A stretch of 48,004 nt of DNA, taken from contig CACHFI010000004.1 of assembly GCA_902579065.1 (NCBI GenBank), positions 1 to 48,004 on the forward strand, in the 5' to 3' direction. Positions 45,978-48,004 of the stretch are shown here, one piece after another. The notes beneath the pieces were generated by a model. The model was not told the origin of the DNA. It made no database searches and worked only from the letters and a program-made list of their open reading frames with translations. The stretch's first letter is position 1. Every line of letters begins with the position of its first letter. Both the position numbers and the translations under genes were made by a program. Origin of the DNA: an uncultured Bacteroidota bacterium (GTDB lineage Bacteria; Bacteroidota; Bacteroidia; Flavobacteriales; BACL11).

Positions 45978-47330
45978 CTAGATATTTATTTTAAAATAAT
46001 CAGATAATTTTGGAAATTTTGAATTATTTATTGCTAAATAAAATAGTAATATTGATATTGGAATAAAAATAAAATTAGCTATCCACATACCTTCAAGTGG
46101 AGATACTGATAAATCTTTTGCTGTTTTTTCACCAGAAATACTAATAACATAATAGACAACAAATAATATTATTGAAATTAATAGTGGAATACTAAAACCT
46201 CCTTTTCTAACAATAGATCCTACTGAAGCTCCAACAAAAAACATTATTAAGCAGGCAAAGGCTAAAGAAATTTTTCTATGCCATTCTATTTTATGTTTAG
46301 CAATTATTGCTCTTTTATATTTAATTTCATCTGAATTCGAATTTGAAACGGATTTAAGTATTCTTAGCTTATTTATTGCTGTTTCGTATATGCGATTAAT
46401 TTTTAATGAACTAATATTTACTAATGAATCAAGAGAATTATTGATATTGTATTTATAATTTTCAGATAATCTTTTAAATATTATTGTTTTCTTTTTTTCT
46501 AGAATGCTATTTAAAGAGTCTATAGAATATTTTAGTTGATTATTATTTAACATAGCATAATGTCCTTTGTAAAGCAATTCACTATTTTTCATGTCAAAAC
46601 CAGATAAATCAAACCTGATTAGGTTCTGTGTAAATGAAATTTTTCTATGATTATTTTTTTTATTTCTATTACTTTCTAATTCAATATATGAGTTGCCATT
46701 ATATAGTGTTAATTCCATATATTTTTCATCATCTGAAATTTCCATTTTACCAGATTTAGCAGATATTACTTTCCTATTTCCGTCGTTATCTGTATGATCA
46801 TATATTAAAATATCATTTAACAAATTATTAATTGAATTCTTTTTTTCAATTTTAATACTATATCCATCAATATCATTGTAAAATATTCCTTCTTTAATAT
46901 TAACTGATGGTTTTTTCTTTTTAATATCGTATAGTAAACTTCCTCCTTTATAATTTGCAATAGGCATAACGTAATTAGAAAATAAGTATGATGAAGTTGC
47001 AATAAAAAGGATAACAATAAATAATGGTTTAAATATTTTGAATAGTGATATTCCAGATGATTGCATTGCTGCTAATTCATAATTTTCTCCAAGTTTTCCA
47101 ACAACCATCACACTTGAAATTAAAACAGCAATCGGTAATGCAAGTGGTACAAATCTAGCAATTGAATACATCATAAGTTCACTTACTTGCATTATTGATA
47201 ATCCTTTTCCTATTAAATCATCAATATATTTCCAAAGAAATTGCATTAATAATATAAAAAGAACTATAAATAATGAAATTAGAAAAGGACCAATAAAAGA
47301 TCTAATTAGATATAAATTAATTTTTTTCAA
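45978..47330 (-). CDS. LptF/LptG-family LPS export permease
   Basis: TTG start; QFLWKYIDDLIGKGL, LALP, ENYELAAMQSSGISL; 3 TM + periplasmic domain + 3 TM; EWHRK...RKGG. Confidence 0.88.
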   Translation of the reverse strand: MKKINLYLIRSFIGPFLISLFIVLFILLMQFLWKYIDDLIGKGLSIMQVSELMMYSIARFVPLALPIAVLISSVMVVGKLGENYELAAMQSSGISLFKIFKPLFIVILFIATSSYLFSNYVMPIANYKGGSLLYDIKKKKPSVNIKEGIFYNDIDGYSIKIEKKNSINNLLNDILIYDHTDNDGNRKVISAKSGKMEISDDEKYMELTLYNGNSYIELESNRNKKNNHRKISFTQNLIRFDLSGFDMKNSELLYKGHYAMLNNNQLKYSIDSLNSILEKKKTIIFKRLSENYKYNINNSLDSLVNISSLKINRIYETAINKLRILKSVSNSNSDEIKYKRAIIAKHKIEWHRKISLAFACLIMFFVGASVGSIVRKGGFSIPLLISIILFVVYYVISISGEKTAKDLSVSPLEGMWIANFIFIPISILLFYLAINNSKFPKLSDYFKINI

Positions 47331-47336
47331 AAATTT

Positions 47337-47723
47337 TTATGAGCCTATAGCTCTTTTTAAATTTTCAAATTGTTGTTTCCATAGCATTATTTGTTCCTCT
47401 TTTTCATCTGAATCTTCAGCAAAATCAGTTATTATTAGAGAAACATCAGAAGTCATTTCATCTACTTGAATTGAGAATTCAAAATAAGATTCTTTATATT
47501 CATCATCAATCCACTTGAACTGTATGAATTTATTAGATTTCTTTTTTAGGATCTTTGCAGATTGCTCACTATCATCCCAAAAAAAAGTATAGATATTGTT
47601 TTTTAGATTTACGTTGTCTGCAAACCATTCAGCTAACCCACTTGGCGTACTTAACCTTTTATATAAAACGTTTACAGATGAATTTATTGGTAACTCGATA
47701 GAGTATTTAATTAAATCTGACAT
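47337..47723 (-). CDS. START-like (SRPBCC) domain protein
   Basis: LSTPSGLAEWFADNV, FFWD.SEQ.A, DEMT.DV.L.ITDFA, typical of the Bacteroidota START_2 family. Confidence 0.82.
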   Translation of the reverse strand: MSDLIKYSIELPINSSVNVLYKRLSTPSGLAEWFADNVNLKNNIYTFFWDDSEQSAKILKKKSNKFIQFKWIDDEYKESYFEFSIQVDEMTSDVSLIITDFAEDSDEKEEQIMLWKQQFENLKRAIGS

Positions 47724-47731
47724 ATCTTTTA

Positions 47732-47760
47732 TAAGTTTGCAAATTCCTAATGCAAAGATA
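47732..47760. promoter_or_regulatory. Face-to-face pair of -7 elements for divergent genes
   Basis: TAAGTTTG on + at 47732-47739 and TATCTTTG on - at 47753-47760, both followed by CA, within a 45-bp intergenic gap. Confidence 0.55.
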
Positions 47761-47768
47761 ATATTAAT

Positions 47769-48004
47769 ATGTCATTCGAACAATCATTAGAAGAACAAGG
47801 TAATTTTTTGTTTAAATACAGGGGGCAATTTCCAGTTATTTTATTTTTAATTGCAATTCCTTTCGTAAAATTTCCTAATCCTTATTTTGACAATAATTTA
47901 TTTATTTTTTTATCAATTTTATTTTTTGTTTTAGGGTATATTATTCGTTTTTATACTATTGCCACAACACCAAAAAATACTAGCGGAAGAAATACTAAAA
48001 AACA
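47769..48004 (+). CDS. Isoprenylcysteine carboxylmethyltransferase / PEMT-family membrane methyltransferase (LmtA-like), 3'-truncated; absent from the ORF track
   Basis: Manual translation: MSFEQSLEEQGNFLFKYRGQFPVILFLIAIP...GYIIRFYTIATTPKNTSGRNTK, open to the window end. G..LF.YR and TSGRNT motifs. Confidence 0.7.
   Translation, partial: MSFEQSLEEQGNFLFKYRGQFPVILFLIAIPFVKFPNPYFDNNLFIFLSILFFVLGYIIRFYTIATTPKNTSGRNTKK

Noticed and set aside
4207-47790. Many short ORFs (60-121 aa) in the track, e.g. 4207..4476, 9149..9454, 11360..11632, 30988..31353, 34373..34666, 47596..47790
   Set aside because: They lie antisense to or out of frame within well-supported genes and show no recognisable motifs; they are shadow ORFs.

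Overview
A very AT-rich, gene-dense chromosomal segment with 37 CDS, two of them truncated at the window edges. It looks like a streamlined Bacteroidota (Flavobacteriales-like, probably marine) genome: TAnnTTTG -7 promoter elements, no obvious Shine-Dalgarno sites, T9SS cargo proteins and signal peptides followed by Gln. Housekeeping genes include sucC, split transketolase, ychF, parE/parC, tsaD, ribBA, pcm, hbd, and lolD-like and lptF-like genes. Accessory content of interest: (i) a candidate phosphate-acquisition locus (TonB receptor, PhoR/PhoP-like pair, divergent non-canonical PiT-like permease and porin, with 11-bp-period TTAA repeats between them); (ii) a TIGR03032/DUF4915 gene paired with a Tyr-rich FG-GAP T9SS protein carrying an unusually long leader; (iii) three domain-shuffled secreted proteins, two of which end in a short non-canonical T9SS-like C-terminal signal; (iv) a probably inactive dihydroorotase homologue; (v) genes inserted between the transketolase halves and between parE and parC. 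I saw no rRNA, tRNA, CRISPR array or mobile element. All family calls come from motif recognition, not from database searches.
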